A stretch of DNA of 64,000 nt from NCBI GenBank assembly GCA_016432425.1, contig CP066688.1, positions 446,211 to 510,210 of the forward strand, written 5' to 3'. The position numbers and the translations under genes were made by a program. The notes below the pieces were generated by a model. It did not search any database. It was given only the letters and a program-made list of their open reading frames with translations, and was not told the origin of the DNA. The DNA comes from Candidatus Daviesbacteria bacterium (lineage in GTDB: Bacteria; Patescibacteriota; Microgenomatia; Daviesbacterales; UBA10151). Below, one piece after another: positions 38,216 to 46,866 of the stretch. How positions within the stretch are numbered: the first letter of the stretch is position 1; each line of letters starts with the position of its first letter.

Positions 38216-39004
38216 ATGACCAGCCTTTACAACTTGCTTGTCGATAGGTTGTCTCATCTGGATTTTACCAACCCCTTAAGTTTATTAGATTTAATAATTG
38301 CCATTTCTTTAATAGTAGGAACGCTCGTTTATTTAAGCCGTTTCTCGGTTTTTAGGGTGGTGTTGGGCACTTTATTCTTATTTGGTTGCGCAATTTTGTT
38401 TTTGTTGGGAGGGTTTTTACTAACCGGCTTACTTTTTGTCCTCGTTGCCAATCTAATTTTAATTAGTTTGCCGCTAATTTTTGCTCCTGAGGTGCGTCAT
38501 TATTTGGAAAAACTGGGCAGATTTCCTTTTTTGCATCTTCCTTCTGTGACCACTACCCAAAAAACCCAATATTTTGTCCGTAATTTAGTGGGGGCTGTTT
38601 ATGAGCTGGCTGAGAGAAAAACCGGGGCTTTGATAGTCTTGGCCAGGAAAGCCGGTTTAGGAGAGACAATTGAGACCGGAGTAATTATTGATGCCAAGTT
38701 TGGCTCCAAACTGCTCTCCACCATCTTTTTTAACAAAAGTCCGCTCCATGATGGGGCAGTAGTCATCAAAAACAGCCGTATTCTGGCGGCCAGTTGTCTG
38801 TTGCCCCTGCGGGGAGAAGTCAAGCTGGACCCGCCCTTTGGCACCAGGCATAAATCCGGTTTATCTTTGACCCAAGATACTGATGCGGTGGTAATTATCA
38901 TTTCTGAGCAGCGAGGAGAGGTGTCTTTGGCGGAGAACGGTAAGCTGGAAATTAACCTAGACAGGGGGACTTTGATCCAAAAATTAAATAAATTACTGGG
39001 CTAG
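38216..39004 (+). CDS. cdaA: Diadenylate cyclase CdaA (c-di-AMP synthase), membrane-anchored
   Basis: Three N-terminal TM helices plus a DAC domain (ALIVLARK...HDGAVVIKNSRILAASCLLPL...RHKSGLSLTQDTDAVVIIISEQRGEVSLA). Confidence 0.85.
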   Translation: MTSLYNLLVDRLSHLDFTNPLSLLDLIIAISLIVGTLVYLSRFSVFRVVLGTLFLFGCAILFLLGGFLLTGLLFVLVANLILISLPLIFAPEVRHYLEKLGRFPFLHLPSVTTTQKTQYFVRNLVGAVYELAERKTGALIVLARKAGLGETIETGVIIDAKFGSKLLSTIFFNKSPLHDGAVVIKNSRILAASCLLPLRGEVKLDPPFGTRHKSGLSLTQDTDAVVIIISEQRGEVSLAENGKLEINLDRGTLIQKLNKLLG

Positions 39005-39042
39005 TTTACATTCTTGCATTTAGGGGGTAAAATAACCTGCAA

Positions 39043-39603
39043 ATGGCAGAGCAGTTTAAGGATCAAGGTACCATTGCCGTTTTGTCCTCGGATCAACCAG
39101 CCCCAATTAAATCGGGGTCAGCAGTTAGTCTCAGTAACCAACTGGTGTCGGTTACCTCTCCGGGTACTCTTAGAAGAGTCCGCATCACCAAAGTAGAAGG
39201 CCTGCCGGATTTGCACCATGAGAGTGCTGATATTGAAGTAGCTAAAAAAGCAGCCGAGCTTTGTAAAATAGCCGGGATTAGAAGAAGTATTGTGGCCAGG
39301 CACCTCCATGAGGGCCATGGGTATGAGCTTTTGGAAGCAGAAGGAAATGTACCATTTCAAGCAGGAGAGGAAGGTTTGATAGAAGATATGAGAGTGGGAG
39401 AAAGCGGATTTGTCTCTTGGCAATGGGTAGAAGATCAACCGGCTAGAATGTTACCGGGCCGGGCCGAAGAGAAAGGTTTGGTAGTTTTGAGCCAAACTTT
39501 GGATGGGATACGAGAGCCATTAGAAAAGATTATTGACTTAACAGCAGTTTCTGTCAAAAAGCAGGTCATTTTAGATACTCTTCAACTCAAAAAGGCAGTT
39601 TAA
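39043..39603 (+). CDS. Hypothetical protein downstream of cdaA
   Basis: 186-aa ORF with no motif. Its position after cdaA suggests a CdaR-like partner, but it is too short for YbbR. Confidence 0.35.
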   Translation: MAEQFKDQGTIAVLSSDQPAPIKSGSAVSLSNQLVSVTSPGTLRRVRITKVEGLPDLHHESADIEVAKKAAELCKIAGIRRSIVARHLHEGHGYELLEAEGNVPFQAGEEGLIEDMRVGESGFVSWQWVEDQPARMLPGRAEEKGLVVLSQTLDGIREPLEKIIDLTAVSVKKQVILDTLQLKKAV

Positions 39604-39796
39604 AAGATAGGCTTGACTTAAACTCTAATTTCCGTTAAAATTCTTGCGCACATTAACAACCGAAAAGTTTTTTAATAAACCACTTTTCGGGATTTAAATC
39701 CGCCAGTGGGCGGATTTTTTGTTTCGACTCATCCCAATGAATTGGGATTCGCTCAACACTATAGTCCTGAGTGAACGAAGTGAATCGAAGGATTAA

Positions 39797-39820
39797 TACC
39801 AAAAAAGTGGTGGGTTCAAT
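39797..39820 (+). promoter_or_regulatory. 16S rRNA 5' processing-stem strand
   Basis: taataccaaaaaagtggtgg is the exact reverse complement of ccaccacttttttggtatta at 42239-42258, immediately 3' of the 16S gene. Confidence 0.7.
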
Positions 39821-39927
39821 TTGACAAAGTTTTTGTCAATTCCAATAAAATGGATAACTTCTTTAGGATTTGAGAGTTTGCTCTTCGACGAAGTCGAAGC
39901 AAAATCGAAAAAATTCGAAGAATTTTT

Positions 39928-39968
<41 letters not shown>

Positions 39969-40815
39969 TTTAAATATGCAAGTCAAAGGGATCGCAAGAT
40001 AACTGGCGGACGGGTGAGTAATGTATAGGAATCTACCTTGAAGTGGGACATAGCTTCTCGAAAGAGGAGGTAATTTCCCATGTGAACGCAAGTTCAAAGT
40101 CGTAAGACGCTTTAAGATGAGCCTATATTCTATCAGCTTGTTGGTGGGGTAATGGCCTACCAAGGCGACGACGGATAGCTGGTCTGAGAGGATGGTCAGC
40201 CACAATGGCACTGAGATACGGGCCATACACCTACGGGTGGCGCAGTTGGGAATTGTTGACAATGGGCGAAAGCCTGATCACGCGACGCCGCGTGGAGGAT
40301 TGAAGGCCTTCGGGTTGTAAACTCCTTTTATGTGGGAAGATTATGACGGTACCACACGAATAAGCACCTGCTAACTACGTGCCAGAAGCCTCGGTAATAC
40401 GTAGGGTGCAAGCGTTATCCGGATTCATTGGGCGTAAAGAGTTGCGTAGGCGGCTCGGCGCATTCTGCTTGAAAGCCTCTGGCTCAACCAGAGATTTGGG
40501 CAGAAGATGGCCGAACTAGATGGTTTGGGAGGGTGCTGGAACCTGTAGTGTAGCAGTGAAATGCGTTGATATTACAGGGAACACCAAAGGCGTAGGCAGG
40601 CACCTAACAAACCCATGACGCTGAGGCACGACAGCTAGGGGAGCGAAGCAGATTAGAGACCTGCGTAGTCCTAGCCGTAAACGATGTCCGCTAGTTACCC
40701 CGCCTTTGGCGGGGCGACGACGCTAACGGAAAAACCTCACCAGGGTTTGACATGCAGATGCTAAGCCTATGAAAGTAGGCCTCCTTCGAGGGTTCTGCAC
40801 AGATGCTGCATGGCT

Positions 40816-41633
40816 AATCCCGATTGAATCGGGATGATGGCCGCTCCTTAAGTAATTAAGGAGAAAAATAACCAACCCAAAACGGTGAAGCCCTACTTTT
40901 GGCGTAAGCCAACAAGCAAGATTTCTTACTTGATTTTCGTATTACTTTCGGGTAATGTGAAATTAAGGGGTAATACCGTGGGAAGCTGGTTAGTGTGAGG
41001 TTAGATGTTTGAGGTCGGAAGATGGATAAAGAGATTGGAAGTTTGAAATTGGTAGGATACAATCAAAGTAATGTGATCCAAAGTTTTAAAGATCTAAAAG
41101 TATATCAGGAATCTTATGAATTGGCTTTAATAATTAACAGAGCAATTTTGAGATTGCCTAATAGCGAGAGATTTGATTTGGTAGATCAGATGCGAAGAGC
41201 GTCAAAATCTATTCCAGCAAATATTGCTGAAGGATATGCTAAAAGATTGTCTGAGAAAGAATTTAAAAGATATCTTTTATCAGCAATTGGATCGTGTAAT
41301 GAAATGGTTGTACATATCAGTTTTGCAAAAGATTTAGGTTTTTGGAAATCTGAATTTTGTGAGGATTTACTTAAACGATATGATATCGTAGGTAAACAAC
41401 TTACAAGATTGTTGCAAAATTGGAAAGCCTATCCAACTTCTAAAGTCTAATTTCACAATCTACCTTCTAATTTCTAACATCTAACTTCTATCTAACATAG
41501 CCCCGTAGAGACTGATTCCGCCAGCTGGCGGATGAGAATAGCCAAATGAGGTTATTCAGACGGTTGGCTCCCTACCTTAAATAAAGGGGGAGAAGGTATA
41601 GTCCATGCTCCTAGTAATAGGCAGATTTACATG
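40816..41633 (+). mobile_element. Group-I-like intron in the 16S rRNA between GCATGGCT and GTCGTCAGCTCG
   Basis: Exon sequence GCTGCATGGCT|GTCGTCAGCTCG is restored exactly when 40816-41633 is removed. The 5' exon ends in U and the insert ends in G. The 3' part shares blocks with 23S intron 3 (ccccgtagagact, gtatagtccatgc, ttacatg). Confidence 0.65.
41022..41450 (+). CDS. Four-helix-bundle protein of the 23S-rRNA-intervening-sequence family
   Basis: DLKVYQESYELALIINRAI...FDLVDQMRRASKSIPANIAEGYAKRLSEKEFKRYLLSAIGSCNEMVVHISFAKDLGF matches the IVS four-helix-bundle family pattern; encoded inside the 16S intron. Confidence 0.75.
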   Translation: MDKEIGSLKLVGYNQSNVIQSFKDLKVYQESYELALIINRAILRLPNSERFDLVDQMRRASKSIPANIAEGYAKRLSEKEFKRYLLSAIGSCNEMVVHISFAKDLGFWKSEFCEDLLKRYDIVGKQLTRLLQNWKAYPTSKV

Positions 41634-42238
41634 GTCGTCAGCTCGAGGCGTGAGCTGTACCCTTAAGTGGGACATCGAGCGCAACCCGCACCGTATGTTA
41701 AATAATCCATACGGAACAGCCCCAGTTTTTACTGGGAAGGAAGGTGCGGATGACGTCAAGTCAGCACGGTTCTTACACCCTGGGCTACACACACCCTACA
41801 ATGGCGAAGAACAACGAGTTGCAAGCTGGTAACAGCAAGCTAATCTCTGAAATTTCGCCTCAGTTCAGATCGAGGGCTGCAATCCGCCCTCGTGAAGTCG
41901 GAATTGCTAGTAATCGCGGATCAGCAGGCCGCGGTGAATACGTTCTCGGGTCTTGTACACACCGCCCGTCAAGCGAGCAAAGTTGGGGGCGCCCGAATGC
42001 CTATGTATGTAGGCAGAAGGTGAAACCAGCGATGAGCGCTAAGTCGTAACAAGGTATCCCTAGCCGAAGCTGGGGATGGATCACCTCCTTTCTGGAGATT
42101 AGGTCAAACTAATGATTACTTAAATAATGTATCGTTATGGTATGTCATAGTTCGCAGTAGTTTGATCCATTGATCACGTATGTTCACGCATATGATGATA
42201 GAGAGTTTGAATATTCTCTCTTTAAAGAAAAATATTCC

Positions 42239-42262
42239 CCACCACTTTTTTGGTATTAAAGT
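42239..42262 (+). promoter_or_regulatory. 16S rRNA 3' processing-stem strand
   Basis: Complement of 39797-39820 (see above). Confidence 0.7.
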
Positions 42263-42374
42263 TTTTTTGGCCATTTTTGCGCCAACCGCAGATTTTTATG
42301 AAGTCTAGGGAGCAAAAAGGCCAGTTCGACCTTATACTGTTTATTTGCAAAGCAAATGACAGTTCAAGCTATGC

Positions 42375-42740
42375 TTATACTCGTAAATTTCTAATTTCAG
42401 TAGAAGAGGAGAGCTGGTAAATTTTCTCTCCCAGTTTGTAATCAAAAACAAATCTCGGTAGAATTTTTACTTTTATTCCAGCTTTTAAAAAATCTTTTCG
42501 GTGATTTTTATCCATTGGATCAGCTCGATACCAAGTATTAGTATTAGAATCTTTTAATTTCAACTGTTTTTTAAAATATTTTACCCAATTTTCTGGGGAA
42601 TTTTGATCTATTAATGGAAGTATTTGATATGGTTTAGTAGTGGTTTTTAATTCCTCCTGAAGCTTCTGGACTCTTACTTGATAAGTAGACAGACTTGGAT
42701 CCTGAGTAGAACCAATACCAATAATAATTCCTATTGTCAT
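42375..42740 (-). CDS. Hypothetical protein (possible C-terminal extension or partner of the LAGLIDADG endonuclease)
   Basis: 121-aa ORF whose start overlaps the stop of the upstream LAGLIDADG gene (ATGA); no motif. Confidence 0.3.
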   Translation of the reverse strand: MTIGIIIGIGSTQDPSLSTYQVRVQKLQEELKTTTKPYQILPLIDQNSPENWVKYFKKQLKLKDSNTNTWYRADPMDKNHRKDFLKAGIKVKILPRFVFDYKLGEKIYQLSSSTEIRNLRV

Positions 42741-43399
42741 TCGAGAAATTTAGCCTTTCTTTCAAGATATAATTTGCAATTAGGGTAGTATATAAAATTC
42801 AAAAGTTTCTTAGTATCTTTCTTTGCATATTCTAACTTCCATTGGTTGCCATTACCATAAGAACATATTTTCCTTGGGAAAAGTTCTAACTCTTTGGTTA
42901 ATAAATCTCTCAATGAATTCAAAAACAATGGACTTCCGGAGGTAAAATTACATCTAAGATCAGTTTGTTTGCGATGATCTTTAGTTCTTAAATAAGTTGT
43001 AAAAAATACACTTCCATCGCCATCAAAATAGCCCCTAATAAAATCAGCTAGAAATTCTTTTTGGATTTTAGGTAACCTAATTACTAGACTTTTTTTTCGG
43101 AGGCCACCTAATAAAAGTAAATCTTTGTATAAAATTTTAGAATGTACGATTAGGGTAGAAGATTTTTCAAGCTTTCCTTTTCTGCGATAACGGAAAATAG
43201 GGGAATTAGAATTCAGAACCCCTTTTACTTGCTGTAGGATTGATTCATCTAGCGAAGAGAAAGTAATTCTATAAGATCGCTCGTGTCTCATATATCCATC
43301 AGCTAACCAGTATCCAAAAACATAGGCCATATCTGGGGACCATTTTGAGAAGAAATTTTCGTTCAAGGTGTATTTTCTAGAGTGGTATTTAAGAAGCAT
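42737..43399 (-). CDS. Free-standing double-motif LAGLIDADG homing endonuclease
   Basis: Two LAGLIDADG motifs, YVFGYWLADGY and FIRGYFDGDGSV, in a 220-aa ORF between the 16S and tRNA-Cys. Confidence 0.8.
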   Translation of the reverse strand: MLLKYHSRKYTLNENFFSKWSPDMAYVFGYWLADGYMRHERSYRITFSSLDESILQQVKGVLNSNSPIFRYRRKGKLEKSSTLIVHSKILYKDLLLLGGLRKKSLVIRLPKIQKEFLADFIRGYFDGDGSVFFTTYLRTKDHRKQTDLRCNFTSGSPLFLNSLRDLLTKELELFPRKICSYGNGNQWKLEYAKKDTKKLLNFIYYPNCKLYLERKAKFLE

Positions 43400-43444
43400 T
43401 ACTTTATATTAGCCAAATAAAATACGAAAAGTCAATATTTTGGG

Positions 43445-43516
43445 AGGTGCAGGCGGGAATCGAACCCGCGCATCGAGGTTTTGCAGACCCCAGCGTTTCC
43501 ACTTCGCCACTGCACC
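43445..43516 (-). tRNA. tRNA-Cys (GCA)
   Basis: Reverse complement folds as a cloverleaf: acceptor GGTGCAG/CTGCACC, anticodon loop CTGCAAA (anticodon GCA), T-arm GCGGG-TTCGATT-CCCGC. Confidence 0.8.
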
Positions 43517-43560
43517 AAGTATTGGCTTATTTTAACACGAACTTCTGGTAGAATACATTT

Positions 43561-43980
43561 ATGGCAAAAGTAATTCGAGTAGTCGGAGCAGTAATTTTTA
43601 ATCCCAAAAGTGATAGTTATTTTGTGGGCCAGCGGGGGAAAAATAAAAAAGTTCCTTTAAAATGGGAATTTATTGGGGGAAAAGTAGAAACAGGAGAAGA
43701 TTTGTTGCGAGCTATTCAGAGAGAATTTAAAGAAGAAGTGGGGATAAATATTAAGGCACTAAGATCTATTAATAAAAGTCAGTTTAATTATGGAGGGGAA
43801 GTGGGTTTGATTGAGGTTAATTTTATTGAATGCGAACTTTTTAAAGATGAGCCGAATTTTGACCCGGAGGTTTATGAAATCTGCAAATGGGTTAAAAGGG
43901 GAGAATTAGCTAATCTGGATTGGGTAGAAGCAGATAGAGAGTTTGCTTTAAATTTAGCCAAAAATGAGGTAAAATATTGA
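43561..43980 (+). CDS. Nudix hydrolase (MutT-like)
   Basis: Nudix box GGKVETGEDLLRAIQREFKEEVGI. Confidence 0.8.
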   Translation: MAKVIRVVGAVIFNPKSDSYFVGQRGKNKKVPLKWEFIGGKVETGEDLLRAIQREFKEEVGINIKALRSINKSQFNYGGEVGLIEVNFIECELFKDEPNFDPEVYEICKWVKRGELANLDWVEADREFALNLAKNEVKY

Positions 43981-43987
43981 AGTTTTA

Positions 43988-44059
43988 GGGCGCGTAGCTC
44001 AGTGGTAGAGCGCTTATCTGATAAGTAAGAGGTCCTTGGTTCAATCCCAAGCGCGCCCA
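43988..44059 (+). tRNA. tRNA-Ile (GAT)
   Basis: GGGCGCG acceptor, GCTCAGTGGTAGAGC D-arm, anticodon loop CTGATAA (anticodon GAT), T-arm CTTGG-TTCAATC-CCAAG. Confidence 0.85.
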
Positions 44060-44085
44060 CTTAAGTTCATGTTATGATTTAATTA

Positions 44086-45093
44086 ATGCAAGTTGTTTCT
44101 TCAGACCTTGTTTTAGGTAAGAAAGTTTTGCTCCGTTTAGACTTAGATGTTCCCCTTCGACAAGTCGGAGATGCCCGACAGGGTACTCAGGGCCATGGCC
44201 AATTTGAGGTAATTGATGACTTTAGATTAAAAGCCGGGCTGGAAACAGTGTATCTCTGTTTAGAACATGCCAAACAGGTAATTATCATGGGACATATTGG
44301 CAGGCCAATGGGAAGGGAGGTCCCAGAGCTTTCCGTAAAACCTATTTATGGTTGGTTTTTAAGTCAGGGTTTAGCTCCCCACCTCGAAGGTGGAAGGCTA
44401 AAGTTGTTGGAGAATTTAAGGTTTGAGGAGGGGGAAGAGAAAGCGGATTTAGGATATGCCAAGGAATTAGCTAAATATGGGGATTTTTTTGTTAATGAAG
44501 CTTTTGCCTCTTTCCATCCAGCTGCCTCTACCACAGTTTTGCCTACATTACTGCCTCACGCGGCAGGGTTACATTTTGCCAAAGAAGTAGAAAAATTAAC
44601 CAAAATCAGAATTAATCCACATCACCCCTTGGTAGTAATTGTGGGAGGGGCCAAAAAGGAGGATAAAATCCCCTTTATCCAGGAAATTTCTAAGATAGCA
44701 GATCAGGTTTTAGTAGGAGGGAAAATGGTTTCGACTGCTTCTAACTTCACCGCCAACGTACTAGTAGCTACTTTAAATGAAGATGGTTTAGATATTACTG
44801 AGGAAACAATAAATTCCTGGAAGGAAATAATTAAAGCGGCCGGGATGATAGTTTGGAACGGACCCATGGGGAGGGTGGAAGAAGGTAAAATAGCCGGCAC
44901 TAAGGCAGTGGCAGAAGCGATCAGTGAGTCTTGGGCGGAAGTGATAATTGGTGGAGGAGATACGGTGGGTTTTTTAGCAAAAGAGGGACTGCTGGAAAAA
45001 TTCGAACACCAAGCTTTCATCTCTACCGGTGGTGGGGCTATGTTAGAATTTTTAAGTAAAGGGACTTTGCCCACCATAGAGGCCCTGAAATGA
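44086..45093 (+). CDS. pgk: Phosphoglycerate kinase (compact form)
   Basis: N-terminal KKVLLRLDLDVPL and HIGRP substrate-binding motifs and C-terminal GGGDT nucleotide-domain motif; 335 aa. Confidence 0.75.
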   Translation: MQVVSSDLVLGKKVLLRLDLDVPLRQVGDARQGTQGHGQFEVIDDFRLKAGLETVYLCLEHAKQVIIMGHIGRPMGREVPELSVKPIYGWFLSQGLAPHLEGGRLKLLENLRFEEGEEKADLGYAKELAKYGDFFVNEAFASFHPAASTTVLPTLLPHAAGLHFAKEVEKLTKIRINPHHPLVVIVGGAKKEDKIPFIQEISKIADQVLVGGKMVSTASNFTANVLVATLNEDGLDITEETINSWKEIIKAAGMIVWNGPMGRVEEGKIAGTKAVAEAISESWAEVIIGGGDTVGFLAKEGLLEKFEHQAFISTGGGAMLEFLSKGTLPTIEALK

Positions 45094-45665
45094 ATTTAAT
45101 AATTACTAATCTTTATTTGTTTGCCATGGCCACAGTGCTGGCCCTTTTGGAAATCCAAATTGAAGGAGCTCATGGTTGGGCGAAAAATCTACCAACCTGG
45201 AGGCCGCATCCCGGCCATCCTTTAGCTAAAATTTATGCAAAGTTTATGTCCGGGAAAGAGCTAACTGGCTATCACAGCGCCATGTTTATCTTTGTGGTTT
45301 TAATCTTCCATCTGCCTTATGTATTTGGTCTAACCTTTACCCTGGAACACTGGTTACAAACACTCTCTTTATTTTTTATCTTTATAGCCTTATGGGATTT
45401 TTTGTGGTTTGTCTTTAACCCCTACCATCCTTTGAAAAATTTTTCTAAAAATAACCCTAATCACAAAGCTTTCTTTTTAGGGTTGCCTCTAGATTACTAC
45501 TGGGCGATTGCTTTTTCTTTCTCACTGGCAGCAGTTGCACAGTTTATTTTTGGATTTAGTGGTTTTATCTCCTGGTGGTTGGGGAATTTTGGGTTATTTT
45601 TAACAGAAACTGTGGGGGCTATTTTATTTTCTTATCTGGTTTTGGATATAGATAATTGGTTCTAA
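45090..45665 (+). CDS. Integral membrane hypothetical protein
   Basis: 191 aa with ~5 hydrophobic helices; overlaps the pgk stop. Confidence 0.45.
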   Translation: MNLIITNLYLFAMATVLALLEIQIEGAHGWAKNLPTWRPHPGHPLAKIYAKFMSGKELTGYHSAMFIFVVLIFHLPYVFGLTFTLEHWLQTLSLFFIFIALWDFLWFVFNPYHPLKNFSKNNPNHKAFFLGLPLDYYWAIAFSFSLAAVAQFIFGFSGFISWWLGNFGLFLTETVGAILFSYLVLDIDNWF

Positions 45666-45686
45666 ATTTGCTACTCTAAAGGGGCC

Positions 45687-46727
45687 ATGAAAATTGCCAT
45701 TAATGGCTTTGGCCGGATTGGCCGAACTGCCTTTAAGATTATTATTGATAAATATTTGGATCAAATTGAAGTGGTAGCTGTCAACGACCTCACTGATAGT
45801 AAAACCCTGGCCCATTTACTCAAATATGATTCTAACTACGGGATTTGGAACCATGAGGTTTCTGGTGATGGTGATACTTCAAGTCCGCTCAGTACAGGAA
45901 ATATCATTGTGGATGGGAAAAGTTTTGCTGTTTTAAAAGAATTAGAACCGGAGAAACTCCCCTGGAAAGATTTAGAGGTGGACATAGTAATTGAGTCAAC
46001 CGGCAAATTTACCGATCAGGCCGGGGCCCAAAAACACTTAAACGCTGGAGCCAAAAAAGTAATTATTTCTGCCCCCAGCAAAGAGGGGGATTCGGGTGAT
46101 AATACCGAGGTGGCCACCTATATCTTGGGAGTTAATGCCGCTAAATACCAAAATGAGGCCATAATTTCCAATTCTTCCTGTACTACCAACTGCATTGCCC
46201 CCATTGCCGCGGTGATGAACCTCAAATTTGGTATAGTCAAGGCCATGATGACCACCATTCATGGCTACACTGCTGATCAAAACCTGCAGGATGGACCCCA
46301 CCGGGATTTAAGAAGAGCCAGAGCAGCCTCAGTTAATATTATCCCCACCACTACCGGAGCAGCTATTTCCACTACTAAAACTATTCCTGAGCTGGAGGGT
46401 AAATTTGATGGAGTGGCTTTGAGAGTACCGGTCCCAGTGGGGTCAATTTCTGATTTTACCTTTCTCCTGGCGAAAAAGGTGACCAAAGAAGAAGTCAATA
46501 ATGCTTTTAAGGAAATTTCCCAAAACCCTTCTTTTACCAAAATCTTAGCCGTGACAGAGGAGCCAATTGTCTCTTCCGATATTGTGGGAAGATCTGAGTC
46601 AGCCATAGTAGATTTATCTCTAACTCAGGTAGTAGATGGGGATTTGGTCAAGGTTTTTGCCTGGTATGATAACGAATTTGGGTATTCCAACAGGTTAGTA
46701 GAACAGATAATAAATGTAGGTAAATAA
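45687..46727 (+). CDS. gap: Glyceraldehyde-3-phosphate dehydrogenase
   Basis: MKIAINGFGRIGR NAD-binding start and catalytic SCTTNC motif. Confidence 0.9.
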   Translation: MKIAINGFGRIGRTAFKIIIDKYLDQIEVVAVNDLTDSKTLAHLLKYDSNYGIWNHEVSGDGDTSSPLSTGNIIVDGKSFAVLKELEPEKLPWKDLEVDIVIESTGKFTDQAGAQKHLNAGAKKVIISAPSKEGDSGDNTEVATYILGVNAAKYQNEAIISNSSCTTNCIAPIAAVMNLKFGIVKAMMTTIHGYTADQNLQDGPHRDLRRARAASVNIIPTTTGAAISTTKTIPELEGKFDGVALRVPVPVGSISDFTFLLAKKVTKEEVNNAFKEISQNPSFTKILAVTEEPIVSSDIVGRSESAIVDLSLTQVVDGDLVKVFAWYDNEFGYSNRLVEQIINVGK

Positions 46728-46866
46728 TACTAAAACCTGTATAACATTTCGTTATACGATCGTACACGAATTGTGACGGATTTCAGATGTCAATCTAATC
46801 CACCCCCAGGTGTTCTGATTTTATTTAACTATTGACATTGGTTGGGTTTTTATATAAAAAGTAGCC

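Noticed and set aside
38599-39438. ORFs 38599-38901(-), 38657-38851(-), 39014-39196(+), 39118-39438(-)
   Set aside because: They are antisense to or overlap cdaA and the downstream 186-aa gene.
43872-44060. 62-aa minus-strand ORF overlapping tRNA-Ile
   Set aside because: It overlaps a tRNA with a perfect cloverleaf and also the 3' end of the Nudix gene.
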